Positions 18,196 to 28,302 of a stretch of DNA of 64,000 nucleotides are shown piece by piece. Position 1 is the stretch's first letter. Every line of letters starts with the position of its first letter. The notes under the pieces were generated by a model, which was not told where the DNA came from, did no database searches, and saw nothing but the letters and a program-made list of their open reading frames with translations. Origin of the DNA: a virus. The DNA is taken from IMG/VR virus record IMGVR_UViG_3300027895_000070, positions 435 through 64,434 of that record; one strand, 5' to 3'. A program made the position numbers and the translations under genes.

Positions 18196-18975
18196 TTAGT
18201 TGCTGATGGCCACTTGTATATCTTCCGTCGCTTCGCTCCGCAGCGATTCAAGTCGGCTCACGACGCCGCAGGCCGAATCGAATACGCCATGTAGCTTGGC
18301 CGTCCGCATTGGCAACGCATTGCCCCACCGCTTGGCGACTTCCGTGAAGGCGTTAAACAAGCTCCAACCCGTACGCGGGCGGAAATCTTCATAGGTCGGC
18401 TCATGCCATTCCTTGGCCACATTGATGATGTCCGAAGCAGGGAACAGGCCATTGCGAGCTCCGTTGACGATCAGGTCGTGCGCGGAGCGGTCGTCAATCT
18501 CGAAACCCTTGTAAGCCTCGATCCGCTTGTGCTGGACCTGCCGGCTTTCCACCAGCGCCGCCGTCGCCTTGGCAACCAGCGCGGGTAAGTCCCGTTCAAT
18601 GTGCCGCGTGTGCCGGCGGCTGATCTGAATCTCGCCGGAGAAGGCCAGATTATCGCAGACGAAGACGCGGCTACCGAGCGAGATCGCGGCGGGAAACGTC
18701 TTGTCGTGCGAGTTGCGAAGGCCAAACACCAGATTGTAATCTGGCTGGTCGCCGCGAAGATCGAATAGGCCGAAGAACCGCTGGCCATCTTTCGCCAGGG
18801 CGTATTGCTGCTGGGCGATGACAAGGCCCATGTCCGCCATGGCTCCCGTGACCAGTTCGATCATGCGCTCGTGCGCGATGGGCTGGTAGCTGTCGGTGGC
18901 TTCCGGCATCTGAACGCGGCGAACTTCGTCGATTCCAACTTCGCTGCCGCCCGCATGAATCATGAAACTTTGCAT
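18196..18975 (-). CDS. DUF932-family protein
   Basis: SYQPIAH, GQRFFG, GLRNSHDK and RVFVCDNLAF motifs. Confidence 0.8.
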   Translation of the reverse strand: MQSFMIHAGGSEVGIDEVRRVQMPEATDSYQPIAHERMIELVTGAMADMGLVIAQQQYALAKDGQRFFGLFDLRGDQPDYNLVFGLRNSHDKTFPAAISLGSRVFVCDNLAFSGEIQISRRHTRHIERDLPALVAKATAALVESRQVQHKRIEAYKGFEIDDRSAHDLIVNGARNGLFPASDIINVAKEWHEPTYEDFRPRTGWSLFNAFTEVAKRWGNALPMRTAKLHGVFDSACGVVSRLESLRSEATEDIQVAISN

Positions 18976-19095
18976 ATGAGACTCCTGAAAAGTGGTAATC
19001 ACTATCGATTACGTTTCATATCCTATCTGATAGGTTTTAGTTGTCAAGGATAATTTGCAGAATAATTTTCGGAATTAACCTTGGGCCTTTCCCCG

Positions 19096-19123
19096 TTGAC
19101 ATTTCCGGGCCGCGAGATAAAGT
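19096..19123 (+). promoter_or_regulatory. sigma70 promoter P1
   Basis: TTGACA(19096-19101)-16 bp-TAAAGT(19118-19123). Confidence 0.65.
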
Positions 19124-19129
19124 GCAAGC

Positions 19130-19194
19130 TCAAGGCCGTAAGGCCAACCCCCCTTAATCTGCTCGGCGAGCCGTTGTGCTTTGCCGGGTTTTTT
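19130..19194 (+). ncRNA. Candidate ~65-nt small RNA
   Basis: Lies between P1 and a hairpin plus T6 terminator (19162-19194); contains a GGCC-GTAA-GGCC GNRA hairpin; no ORF. Confidence 0.45.
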
Positions 19195-19196
19195 AT

Positions 19197-19224
19197 TTGA
19201 CTTTGTAGGTTCGCGTTATAAAGT
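19197..19224 (+). promoter_or_regulatory. sigma70 promoter P2
   Basis: TTGACT(19197-19202)-16 bp-TAAAGT(19219-19224); same -10 as P1. Confidence 0.6.
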
Positions 19225-19281
19225 GCCGGCAGAGTAAAGCGCCGGGCCATTTCGATATTGAGCCTGCATAAATTTTGGAAC

Positions 19282-19351
19282 AGCCGTACCCCGTGTTCGC
19301 ACGCCCGCTGGCCTGCCGGACTTTACTCTAACGGGGTACGGCTTCTTTTTC
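19282..19351 (+). terminator. Leader terminator/attenuator upstream of the replication operon
   Basis: Perfect 13-bp stem AGCCGTACCCCGT/ACGGGGTACGGCT followed by TCTTTTTC, 15 nt before ATG 19366. Confidence 0.65.
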
Positions 19352-19365
19352 ACTTCGGAGCAAAT

Positions 19366-19794
19366 ATGCGAAGCGGATACACCGACGAATTAGATCAAAA
19401 GGAATTGGCGATGTGGCGAGGGCAAGTCGCCAGCGCCATTCGCGGCAAGCGGGGCCAAGCTTTACTCCGCGATTGCCTCGCCGCACTAGACGCGATGCCG
19501 CTTAAGCGGATTATTGCTGATGTACTCGTTGACGGGAAGGATGACGTGTGCCTGCTGGGTGCTGGCGGCAAAACGAGAAACATTCCTGACCTCGATAAGC
19601 TTGATCCCGAGGAGCACGCAACTCTCGGAAAATTATTCAACGTTGCGCCCTGCCTCATCCAGGAAATCGAGTGGGTCAACGATGAAAGAACCCGAGACAA
19701 ATGGGTCGGCGACAAACTTGTCGAACAGACGCCGGAAGAGCGGTTTGCGTCAGTTCGCCAATGGCTTGTGGAAAATATCAAGCCGGTAGAATAA
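19366..19794 (+). CDS. Conserved-looking phage hypothetical protein
   Basis: GGAG RBS; MRSGYTD...SAIRGKRGQALLRD...LDAMP. Confidence 0.7.
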   Translation: MRSGYTDELDQKELAMWRGQVASAIRGKRGQALLRDCLAALDAMPLKRIIADVLVDGKDDVCLLGAGGKTRNIPDLDKLDPEEHATLGKLFNVAPCLIQEIEWVNDERTRDKWVGDKLVEQTPEERFASVRQWLVENIKPVE

Positions 19795-20030
19795 TTCATA
19801 TCTTTTTCACGGGATTTATTTACTTGGCTCATCAAGCTCAATTCAACCTCGCGGGATTAAATTCACTGCCGCGGATCGAGTTCCAACGCAGTTGTTTTCA
19901 TAGACCCCAACTGGTTATTCCCCGGAATCCCCTTTACCTCCGGCGAATCGAAGTCGCTGGCCAGCGCCTAGATTGTGAATTTGATGAGCCAAACAAATCG
20001 ACCCTTTTTTCACTTCGGCGAAGGTGAATC

Positions 20031-20498
20031 ATGCCTGATAAGCCTGAAGACGGCGATTTAGTTCTCTACTTCGATGGTCTATGCGAACCTAAAAATCCTG
20101 GCGGAACGATGTGCGGAGCGTTCCTGTTGCACCGCCCCGACGGAGTGATGAGTGGGGTAGTGCATCGGCCTCCCGATCCCAGAAACACCAATAACCTCGC
20201 GGAATATCGAGCGCTCTACATCGGTTTGATTCGGGTCAAGAATTTGGGAGGGTGCAAGCAACTTATCATCCGTGGTGATTCTCAGTTAGTGATTCGGCAA
20301 TTGACCGGAGAATATGCCTGCAATTCTGAAAAGCTGATCCCCGCTCGCGCGTCGTGCCTCGAATTGCTCCGCGAGATTTGCACAAGCTGGGAAGCCCAAT
20401 GGATACCTCGCGAACAGAACACCGACGTCGACGCGATTTGCCGCGCCGAGTATTTCAAGCAGACCGGACATGTCGCACAGGATCGAAGCAGGAAATAG
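20031..20498 (+). CDS. rnhA: Ribonuclease HI
   Basis: YFDG, TNNLAEY, IRGDSQLV and REQNTDVD provide the D-E-D-D active-site pattern. Confidence 0.9.
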   Translation: MPDKPEDGDLVLYFDGLCEPKNPGGTMCGAFLLHRPDGVMSGVVHRPPDPRNTNNLAEYRALYIGLIRVKNLGGCKQLIIRGDSQLVIRQLTGEYACNSEKLIPARASCLELLREICTSWEAQWIPREQNTDVDAICRAEYFKQTGHVAQDRSRK

Positions 20499-20501
20499 GG
20501 C

Positions 20502-23141
20502 ATGGAAGCCGAACTTCCGCAAGATATGCTCTCGCACGCGCTGGCCTATGCTAAACGGGGCTGGCTCGTCCTGCCTCTCCACAATCCAATTCTCAGGCTG
20601 GACAAGTTGATTTGCTCATGTTCACTGGGGGATAAGTGTACATCTCCCGCCAAACACCCGCGAACCGAATCGGGGTTAAAAGACGCGACGATTGACGAGC
20701 TGCAAATCCGCCGCTGGTGGACGATGTGGCCGCAGGCGAATATCGGGCTGGCGACGGGTTTGGCCAGTGGAGTCATCGCGGTAGATATTGACGGCGTTTA
20801 TGGCCAGCAATCTTTGGAAGTGCTTCAACAGGAATATGGAACACTCCCAGAAACATTGCGTCAGCGGACGCCGCGAGAGGGGGGAGAGCATTATCTGTTC
20901 AAATTCGATCCACTTCATCCCGTTGCTAACACCCAGCCGCCAGGGCCGGTTCTAGGAGACAAGATCGATACGCGGGGTAACGGCGGATACATTGTCGTGG
21001 CCCCTTCTCGTGTGCCCAGCGGCAGGCAATACGAATGGCTCAACGATTTCGAGGTCGCGGAAATGCCGCGATGGATTTACGGGGTAATTGAGGCCAATCG
21101 GGACGCAAAAAAGAAACCAAAGGCGATTCCGCCGGCTGAAAGAACCGTGACGGAATCCGGACCTTATTGGCTGGGAAAAGCGCTGGCGATAGTCGGAGTA
21201 GGAAATCGAAATAACACCGGCTTTTGGTTGGCCTGCCAGTTGCGTGATGCCCGGCTTAGCGAATCGGAAGCCACGCCAATCATTCAGGATTTTTGCGCCC
21301 GTTGTCCGCGAGGCGACAAGGAATATTCTGTCGATGAAGCGATGGCCTCGTTGCGAGAGGCTTTTAGTCAATCCCCCCGCGAGCCGACGGATTTTGAGAA
21401 GCGGCGATTGGAGAGCAAAAAACGCGATCGAACTCGCGCCCCATCGACGCGAAAAAACGGCCATCCCGACGTTGAAACTGGGGATAACGGTCACCCCGAG
21501 GTGATCGAACCGCCTGAACACGCGCACCCCGGCGACGCGAGCGAAGAAGAAGACAATCGACCAGAAATCTTCGTGTCAACCGATGAGCATACTGTCGCGG
21601 ACGGAACGGTTGAGGCAATTGAGGGTGACCCAGAACTTTATCATCGTGCCGGCGCTTTGGTTCATGTTGTCAATGCGGCGGAACGGAGCAAACGGAAGGG
21701 AATTATCGGCGACCCCACGATTATAGAAGCTTCTCCCTTATGGGTACGCGAACGGATCAATCGACGGGCGAAGCTCATGCAGAAGATCAAAACAAAAGAG
21801 GGGTGGAAAGATGTTCGTACACACGTCCCAGTTTGGCTTCCAGGAATGATTCTGGCGCGGGGCGAGTGGCCGAATGTCCGTGGCCTTCGGGCAATTTCTG
21901 ATGCTCCGGTATTACGGGCAGATGGCTCACTGCATCAGATAGCAGGATACGATGAACAAACTGGAGTTTTGTACGTCCCATCCCAGGAATTTCCGGCTAT
22001 CGGCGAAGTTGATATGGACGATGCCTCAATCGCGGTGGATAAACTGTTGGAACTTGTTTCGGATTTCCCCTTTGAACTGTCGGAGCATCGATCCGCGTGG
22101 CTCGCCAGCCTTTTGACGCCACTGGCGAGGTTTGCGTTTGATGGGCCTTCCCCGGCATTTCTGACGGACGGCAACGTGCGGGGTTCCGGCAAAGGATTAT
22201 CGTGCCAAGTCGCCGCGCTTATCATCATGGGCCGCGAGATGCCGGTTAGCGGATATTCGGCTGATCCCGTGGAAATGGCGAAGAAAATCACGGCTATTGC
22301 GTTGGCTGGCCGGTCGATGGTGCTGCTCGATAACGTCACGGGAACATTCGGCAATGACGCGATTGATCGGGCATTGACGGCCACACGTTGGGAGGATCGG
22401 ATTCTAGGATATAGCGAGACGAAAGAGGTTCCGCTTTACACGACGTGGTACGCGACGGGGAACAACTTCACCATCGCCGCGGATGCGGCGCGTCGGGCTA
22501 TTCATATCCGGTTAGACTCACAAGAAGAACGACCAGAGGAGCGGAATAATTTCAAAATTCCCAAGATTCGTTCGCATATCCTGAAATCCCGTCCCCAATT
22601 ATTGTCGTATGCCCTGACGATTTTGATGGCTTATTTTCGCGCCGGTGCTCCCAAAAAGGAAAAACTGTCGGCCTTCGGATCATTCGAGGGATGGTCGGAT
22701 TTGATCCGCAACGCTTTGATTTGGATCGGACAAGTTGATCCATGCAATACGCGGGCGAATATGATGGAGCTATCTGATGAGACGGGAATTCAATTGCGGG
22801 ATTTAGTCAAGGCATGGGACCAATTTGACCATCACGGAATCGGCATGACCTGTGCCGATCTTATCAACCGTCTATACAACCCGCGATTGCGCTCCGAGGG
22901 GGATATCGACATTGCCATGCGGGCGGCGGTTGAGGCCATTACAAAGACAGGGCCAGGGAAGACGCCAACCGCCAGAATGATTGGTTCCAAATTAAAACAG
23001 TTTCGGCGGCGAGTAGTGGGAATTCTCAAATTCGATGTCGATCCCAAAAAAGACGACTCGGCGGGGGCAACTTGGAAGCTATTCCCAAAAACGTATGTGC
23101 CTGAAATTGCCGTTGAAGCGGACTCGACCATTCCAGATTGA
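20502..23141 (+). CDS. Bifunctional primase/polymerase (Prim-Pol) with PriCT domain and C-terminal ATPase/helicase-like domain
   Basis: YAKRGWLVLPL, KHP, ANIGLATG...AVDID, HYLF and DTRGNGGYIVVAPS; GNRNNTGF (PriCT); GSGKG and LLDNV in the C-terminal part. Confidence 0.9.
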   Translation: MEAELPQDMLSHALAYAKRGWLVLPLHNPILRLDKLICSCSLGDKCTSPAKHPRTESGLKDATIDELQIRRWWTMWPQANIGLATGLASGVIAVDIDGVYGQQSLEVLQQEYGTLPETLRQRTPREGGEHYLFKFDPLHPVANTQPPGPVLGDKIDTRGNGGYIVVAPSRVPSGRQYEWLNDFEVAEMPRWIYGVIEANRDAKKKPKAIPPAERTVTESGPYWLGKALAIVGVGNRNNTGFWLACQLRDARLSESEATPIIQDFCARCPRGDKEYSVDEAMASLREAFSQSPREPTDFEKRRLESKKRDRTRAPSTRKNGHPDVETGDNGHPEVIEPPEHAHPGDASEEEDNRPEIFVSTDEHTVADGTVEAIEGDPELYHRAGALVHVVNAAERSKRKGIIGDPTIIEASPLWVRERINRRAKLMQKIKTKEGWKDVRTHVPVWLPGMILARGEWPNVRGLRAISDAPVLRADGSLHQIAGYDEQTGVLYVPSQEFPAIGEVDMDDASIAVDKLLELVSDFPFELSEHRSAWLASLLTPLARFAFDGPSPAFLTDGNVRGSGKGLSCQVAALIIMGREMPVSGYSADPVEMAKKITAIALAGRSMVLLDNVTGTFGNDAIDRALTATRWEDRILGYSETKEVPLYTTWYATGNNFTIAADAARRAIHIRLDSQEERPEERNNFKIPKIRSHILKSRPQLLSYALTILMAYFRAGAPKKEKLSAFGSFEGWSDLIRNALIWIGQVDPCNTRANMMELSDETGIQLRDLVKAWDQFDHHGIGMTCADLINRLYNPRLRSEGDIDIAMRAAVEAITKTGPGKTPTARMIGSKLKQFRRRVVGILKFDVDPKKDDSAGATWKLFPKTYVPEIAVEADSTIPD

Positions 23142-23144
23142 GCA

Positions 23145-23497
23145 CAGAGTCACACATCCAAAAACACAGAGTCAGAACAGAGTCAGACATATGTGACTCT
23201 ATGGATGTGATAATAGATAAAGCAATTTCACAATATTCACAGAGTCACAGAGTCACGGCCACTTGACTCTGACTCTGCTAAAAACGGCGATTCTTATTCA
23301 AAAACACCATATCTATAGATTTAAATAACATATGACTCTGCCTTAAAAGTTGATTATTTGGTCATTCATATATGATTTACAGAGTCAACCCTTACTCTTC
23401 GCGTATAAGGAAGAAATGATAAAAGCGCCATAAGTCCTTATGCGCCGTACGGGAATTCCTAAAAGCTCTGGCGCACGGGAGGCTGACTCTGACTCTG
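23145..23497. other. Putative replication origin with CAGAGTCA iterons
   Basis: 11 exact CAGAGTCA/TGACTCTG octamers plus one 1-mismatch copy, in both orientations, around an AT-rich core just after the primase gene. Confidence 0.75.
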
Positions 23498-23635
23498 TTT
23501 TTCCCGCGATTTCCGAAAACCACATGTCGCAAATCCACGCGTCGCCACCGCCAAAATCCCGCCCCAAGGCACCTAACCCCACAAAATCGTCGCCGACGCT
23601 TGTAATGCGTTCCTAGGTGGGTTAGTGAGGCGTTT

Positions 23636-24007
23636 ATGAGTGACCTTGAAGGGGATAAAAACGTTTCCGTAATCGAGCGTGGAACGATTCCCGACAAGAT
23701 GACTCCGGCCTCTCACGACCGCTGGGGGCGGTTTGCGGTAGGCAACCAATTGAACAAGGGCAAGCCAGCCCCACATGCCCGGCGAATCGCCCTATTACGT
23801 GCGGTGCTGTTCAAGGCCGCAACGCCAGCAGACATGCTCGAAGCCTCCCGCAAGATGGTGGAGATGGCAAAGGAAGGCGACCGCGCGGCGTATGCGGAGA
23901 TTATGGACCGGACGGTCGGCAAAGCTGTTCCGAGCGACTTGGAATCGCGGATGCACGAGCTGGAGCAACTGGTGCGCCAGGTGCTGGGGAAATCGGGCGG
24001 GAACTAA
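23636..24007 (+). CDS. Hypothetical helical protein (GRFAVGN motif, DUF5681-like)
   Basis: RWGRFAVGN followed by amphipathic helices ending in DRTVGK. Confidence 0.6.
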   Translation: MSDLEGDKNVSVIERGTIPDKMTPASHDRWGRFAVGNQLNKGKPAPHARRIALLRAVLFKAATPADMLEASRKMVEMAKEGDRAAYAEIMDRTVGKAVPSDLESRMHELEQLVRQVLGKSGGN

Positions 24008-24240
24008 TCACCAACGTTTTTCGGGACGGCATATTGCATTGCTTGTGATGCCAACCCTAAGCATCGATCACGGTCATCTGCGGTTGTAGGTTTGCGCCCA
24101 TCAACCGCCAGTGCGATTACCGCTGTGAAGTCGTGGTGATCGGCCATCGGTCGCATCGCGAAAAACATCGTCTTCGATCTGCGGCGAAGCTCTTGCAGGA
24201 GATCATCCGTACTTACGTCTTCGAGGGGGTTATCGTTCAT
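24004..24240 (-). CDS. Hypothetical protein
   Basis: 78 aa with AAGG RBS. Confidence 0.55.
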   Translation of the reverse strand: MNDNPLEDVSTDDLLQELRRRSKTMFFAMRPMADHHDFTAVIALAVDGRKPTTADDRDRCLGLASQAMQYAVPKNVGD

Positions 24241-24268
24241 CTTTCACCTTTCGCCGCCGGAGGGCGGG

Positions 24269-24484
24269 TTAAAGTTCTGCTGCCACAAGCGCGATTGCCA
24301 AATGAGATATAACGGATTCAAGAACCGCGTATTGGCTGATGTCGTCAATGTGAGACACATGTTTCTTGAGAGCCTCTTGAATGCAGTCCGGAACTCCTGT
24401 CCCAACCCACATTCCCGCATTTGCATCGCGGGCGGCGTATTGTTTGCAGCATCGAATCACAAGTTCTCGGGGCATGCGTATCAT
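24269..24484 (-). CDS. Hypothetical protein
   Basis: 71 aa with AGGAG RBS. Confidence 0.5.
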   Translation of the reverse strand: MIRMPRELVIRCCKQYAARDANAGMWVGTGVPDCIQEALKKHVSHIDDISQYAVLESVISHLAIALVAAEL

Positions 24485-24522
24485 CTTCCTATCTCCTCTC
24501 CCCGCCGCGCCGGGCGGGAAGG

Positions 24523-24741
24523 CTAATATTGGTCAACTTCAACTACTCGCCACATAAATGATTGCCAACGCTCGCGAGTTGGCGGCATTGATGCGCGGAG
24601 CGTCACTTGTCTTTTTTCGTACCGCAACGAAATATTTGCGCTGTCCGTCTCGGTAAATGGAAAGCATTGATCGTAGCGCAGCATGTCGTAGGGGAACTGG
24701 CCGATGCCCTCAACGGTGATTTTGAAATACTTTTTGCTCAT
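24523..24741 (-). CDS. Hypothetical protein
   Basis: 72 aa; GQFPYDMLRYDQCFP. Confidence 0.65.
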   Translation of the reverse strand: MSKKYFKITVEGIGQFPYDMLRYDQCFPFTETDSANISLRYEKRQVTLRASMPPTRERWQSFMWRVVEVDQY

Positions 24742-24768
24742 CTGTCTCTCTTTCCCGCAGTGGGATGG

Positions 24769-25407
<639 letters not shown>

Positions 25408-25628
25408 GTTCTGTTCCTTACAATTGTTCCCCCGCGCTCCGGCCTGGCGGTGAAGGGGGTTAAGTTACTCGTCGGCGGCATTGTCATCGCTGTCTAGCGC
25501 GTCCAACTTCGTTTCGATCTCGTCTTTCAATTCTTCGAGAGATTCGCGAGTTGTGCTCCTACCGACACTCTGATCGGAAAAGAGCTTATCAATCGCGTCC
25601 TTCGCATCGTCCAAAAGTTCTTTGTGAT

Positions 25629-25907
25629 TCATGACCTCACCTCATGTTGTCCAAGATCCACGTGGTCCGAACCAGCGGCCATCGCGACCATCAAATCGCG
25701 GGCTTTACTCAAGCTTGGGCAGGCGACGTGGTATGATGATGGTTCGTGCATGACGATCCAGCGTTCATCGGCGTCAATGCCAGGCGATGGGTTTGCGTCC
25801 CTGTCATAGACAACGAAGTGTCCTGGTAGCTTCGGGTGGTTGCTTTTTCGCTCGGTCACATAACCAGCATTATGCATGTGCGGCTTGTGATTATTGGTCT
25901 TTTTCAT
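25629..25907 (-). CDS. Hypothetical protein
   Basis: 92-aa ORF. Confidence 0.6.
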   Translation of the reverse strand: MKKTNNHKPHMHNAGYVTERKSNHPKLPGHFVVYDRDANPSPGIDADERWIVMHEPSSYHVACPSLSKARDLMVAMAAGSDHVDLGQHEVRS

Positions 25908-26207
25908 CTCTTCATCTCCCGCCGCATCGCGGCTGTTAAGGACGGTACGAAAGTATCTCTAGCATTGGACGATGCGCGGTCAACTGGCACATGCAAGCTC
26001 CGATAGTAAGTCCTCGACCAATGCCATGGGGAATATATCTGCGCCCAAAGACTGTTCCGCAGTCTCCGCAGGCGTACGCAGTTCGTGTCTCGCCTTTGAC
26101 ACGAGGAATACTCCGGAGGATAGCTCTGGCCTTCGCCATAACGGCCTTAGTTTTTCTAAGCTTGTAGGACACGTTATTTCCTTCGCCGCATCGCGGCGCG
26201 TTGGGGG

Positions 26208-26444
26208 TTAGGCGAACGTTACAACATGGGCATCTGGATACGGCCCATAGAATGTTATATCTTTGGGATTCTCGACTAACGCCGCCCTGATGTAGTAACC
26301 GTGATCGCGGCAGGCCCACGAATCGGTAGGACCAGCGACAACTTCGATAACCTTTAGGGGAATAACGTGGAGCTTGATAATATCGCCAGCCCGCAGGTTT
26401 CCAACCAATTCAGTTCTCGTTGTTGATTTCATCTTTTTCTCCAT
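26208..26444 (-). CDS. Hypothetical protein
   Basis: 78-aa ORF. Confidence 0.5.
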   Translation of the reverse strand: MEKKMKSTTRTELVGNLRAGDIIKLHVIPLKVIEVVAGPTDSWACRDHGYYIRAALVENPKDITFYGPYPDAHVVTFA

Positions 26445-26504
26445 TTCCCGACGCCCAATTGCGTCGGCGAGGGAAGGGTAGCAAAGCAGCTTGGCTTAGT
26501 CAAG

Positions 26505-26741
26505 TCAAAAGGTAACGAGGGTTTCATTTTTCGAAATTTTCGGGCGAACGCGATGCCATTGCTTTGCAATCAACTCACCGTTTTCCCCATTAAGGCAGAC
26601 GAGGAATTTACATCGTAGGCCCCTGGGGAGACTCGACACGTTTCGAAGCTTGGATTCCATCGCCGGTGTATACTTTACAATACTGCTCATATCGCTTCTC
26701 CAAGAAAGTCTTCGTCTTTTGAATCGTTCGTTAGCGTTCAT
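26505..26741 (-). CDS. Hypothetical basic protein
   Basis: ATG lies 6 nt after a -10 box, i.e. apparently leaderless. Confidence 0.5.
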   Translation of the reverse strand: MNANERFKRRRLSWRSDMSSIVKYTPAMESKLRNVSSLPRGLRCKFLVCLNGENGELIAKQWHRVRPKISKNETLVTF

Positions 26742-26747
26742 GCCTAT

Positions 26748-26851
26748 ACTTTAACCCAACCAGCTTGGGATTGTCAATCATTGAATCGGAAAATTATCCA
26801 GACGACTCGAAATATTCTATGCTTGACATTCGATAGCCAAGCGGCTAGGGT
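26748..26851. promoter_or_regulatory. Divergent sigma70 promoter pair
   Basis: - strand: TTGACA(26777-26772)-18 bp-TAAAGT. + strand: TTGACA(26823-26828)-17 bp-TAGGGT. Confidence 0.6.
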
Positions 26852-26860
26852 ATTCTGACG

Positions 26861-27187
26861 ATGGATAACGTGAAGCGATTGCAAATCGAATTCACCGCTT
26901 GGGAAGCAATTCCCGACGGCGGTGGGTTGGCGGATGGAATCGACGCGATAATCTGTCCAGGCCGTCTGTCGGATTGCTTGAAAAAAGCCGTCACTCGAAC
27001 GAATGCCGCGATTCTTGCCGTCCGAAACGCTGGCGAACCGAATCCCTTCAGAGAATGGACGGACGACCAAATTGCAGGCGAAATACTCCGCAAGGTGTGG
27101 GAAAAACGCGGTCGATGCCAGAAGTGTGGCGGACAACGGTATCACACGCGACTTAGCGGATATAAGTGTTTTACATGCGACAGGTGA
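26861..27187 (+). CDS. Hypothetical protein with C-terminal zinc ribbon
   Basis: CQKC...CFTC. Confidence 0.6.
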   Translation: MDNVKRLQIEFTAWEAIPDGGGLADGIDAIICPGRLSDCLKKAVTRTNAAILAVRNAGEPNPFREWTDDQIAGEILRKVWEKRGRCQKCGGQRYHTRLSGYKCFTCDR

Positions 27188-27192
27188 AACAG

Positions 27193-27348
27193 ATGCACGA
27201 ATACGGAACCAACCAAGTAATAACGATCTCTAAGGAGATTCGTCGGGCGCTCGCCGCTGAGTATGGCTGCAAAGGCGGAAAATCCCGCTCCAAAGCCAAG
27301 ATCGCCGCCGCCCAGGCCAACGGCAGGAAGCGGAGGAAGAAGGCATGA
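27193..27348 (+). CDS. Small basic protein (KAKIAAAQANGRK motif)
   Basis: 51 aa, Lys/Arg-rich. Confidence 0.55.
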   Translation: MHEYGTNQVITISKEIRRALAAEYGCKGGKSRSKAKIAAAQANGRKRRKKA

Positions 27349-27373
27349 ACGAGAAAATGCTATTTGTCAGCTT

Positions 27374-27424
27374 TGCACAACGGAAGCCACTTGCACAACA
27401 GAAGTTGTGTCTGCACAACGGAAG
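27374..27424 (+). repeat. Three 13-bp direct repeats TGCACAACRGAAG
   Basis: Copies at 27374, 27392 and 27412 (spacing 18 and 20 bp). Confidence 0.85.
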
Positions 27425-27434
27425 GGGGGAGGAG

Positions 27435-28034
27435 CTACGGCTTGGGGCCAACATAGATGTCAATCGTTCCGAACGGGGGTTGATCTTCCAAGGGAATGCC
27501 CGCTCCCATCGAAGATGTTTGCACGCCAGCGTCGTCAAACGCCACATACAAACTGTGGAAGATCGGCATTCCGGTCCCCAATTTTATATCTGTCATAACA
27601 TCATCGCCGCTGGGTATGACAGCAACCCCGGGCGACAAAATTACCCGATCAAATATGCCAACCGACCCCTTCCAGCCACAATCATCGCGAAGGCAAGAAG
27701 CCAGTATTTGAGCGAATCCCAATCCCTCAAGATTATCTGCCGCTACGACAACGCGAAACCGCTGGCCGCGATATTTGGACAATTCCTGCCCAAGCGTTCG
27801 TCGCTCAAGCCAATTGAGAGTCCGAGGCGCACGGGTGGCGTATTCTCCCCACCCCGCAAGGCAAATTCCTATCACATCGAATACCACAACAATTGCGAGC
27901 AACCGATAGCTAAGCCGCTCCAATGGTTCTTTGGGATCTTTCTTGTGTTTTTTTCGATCCACCCACACGACGAGCGCAAGAAAGAAATTGCCAACCAACA
28001 GGATGAAGTAAGAAATGGTCGTCTGCCAGTTCAT
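27435..28034 (-). CDS. Membrane protein (2 TM) with alpha/beta C-terminal domain
   Basis: Two hydrophobic N-terminal segments; C-terminus ends IDIYVGPKP. Confidence 0.75.
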   Translation of the reverse strand: MNWQTTISYFILLVGNFFLALVVWVDRKKHKKDPKEPLERLSYRLLAIVVVFDVIGICLAGWGEYATRAPRTLNWLERRTLGQELSKYRGQRFRVVVAADNLEGLGFAQILASCLRDDCGWKGSVGIFDRVILSPGVAVIPSGDDVMTDIKLGTGMPIFHSLYVAFDDAGVQTSSMGAGIPLEDQPPFGTIDIYVGPKP

Positions 28035-28302
28035 TTATCGTCGCAGTGGAGGATAACGTCATGCTAATAGCCGCCCTCCTCTCTCAACTTGCGCTCGCAA
28101 TCGCACTGTTAATAATAAGGCGCAATCATTAGGCCAACATCTTACCCGCAAATGCAGCCAATTCGACAACATCTTCAGCATTCGAGACAATATCCAGTAT
28201 TCGGGAGCGGCGGAATAGCTATCCGCCGTGAGTCCGGGGCGGTGTTGTTGCCTCCAGCGGCAGCACCGCGCCGGGCCGACCCGATTACTGGAGAAACATT
28301 TC

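Noticed and set aside
23145-23497. Short repeats as a CRISPR array
   Set aside because: Units are 8 bp, in both orientations and irregularly spaced; no unique spacers and no cas genes.
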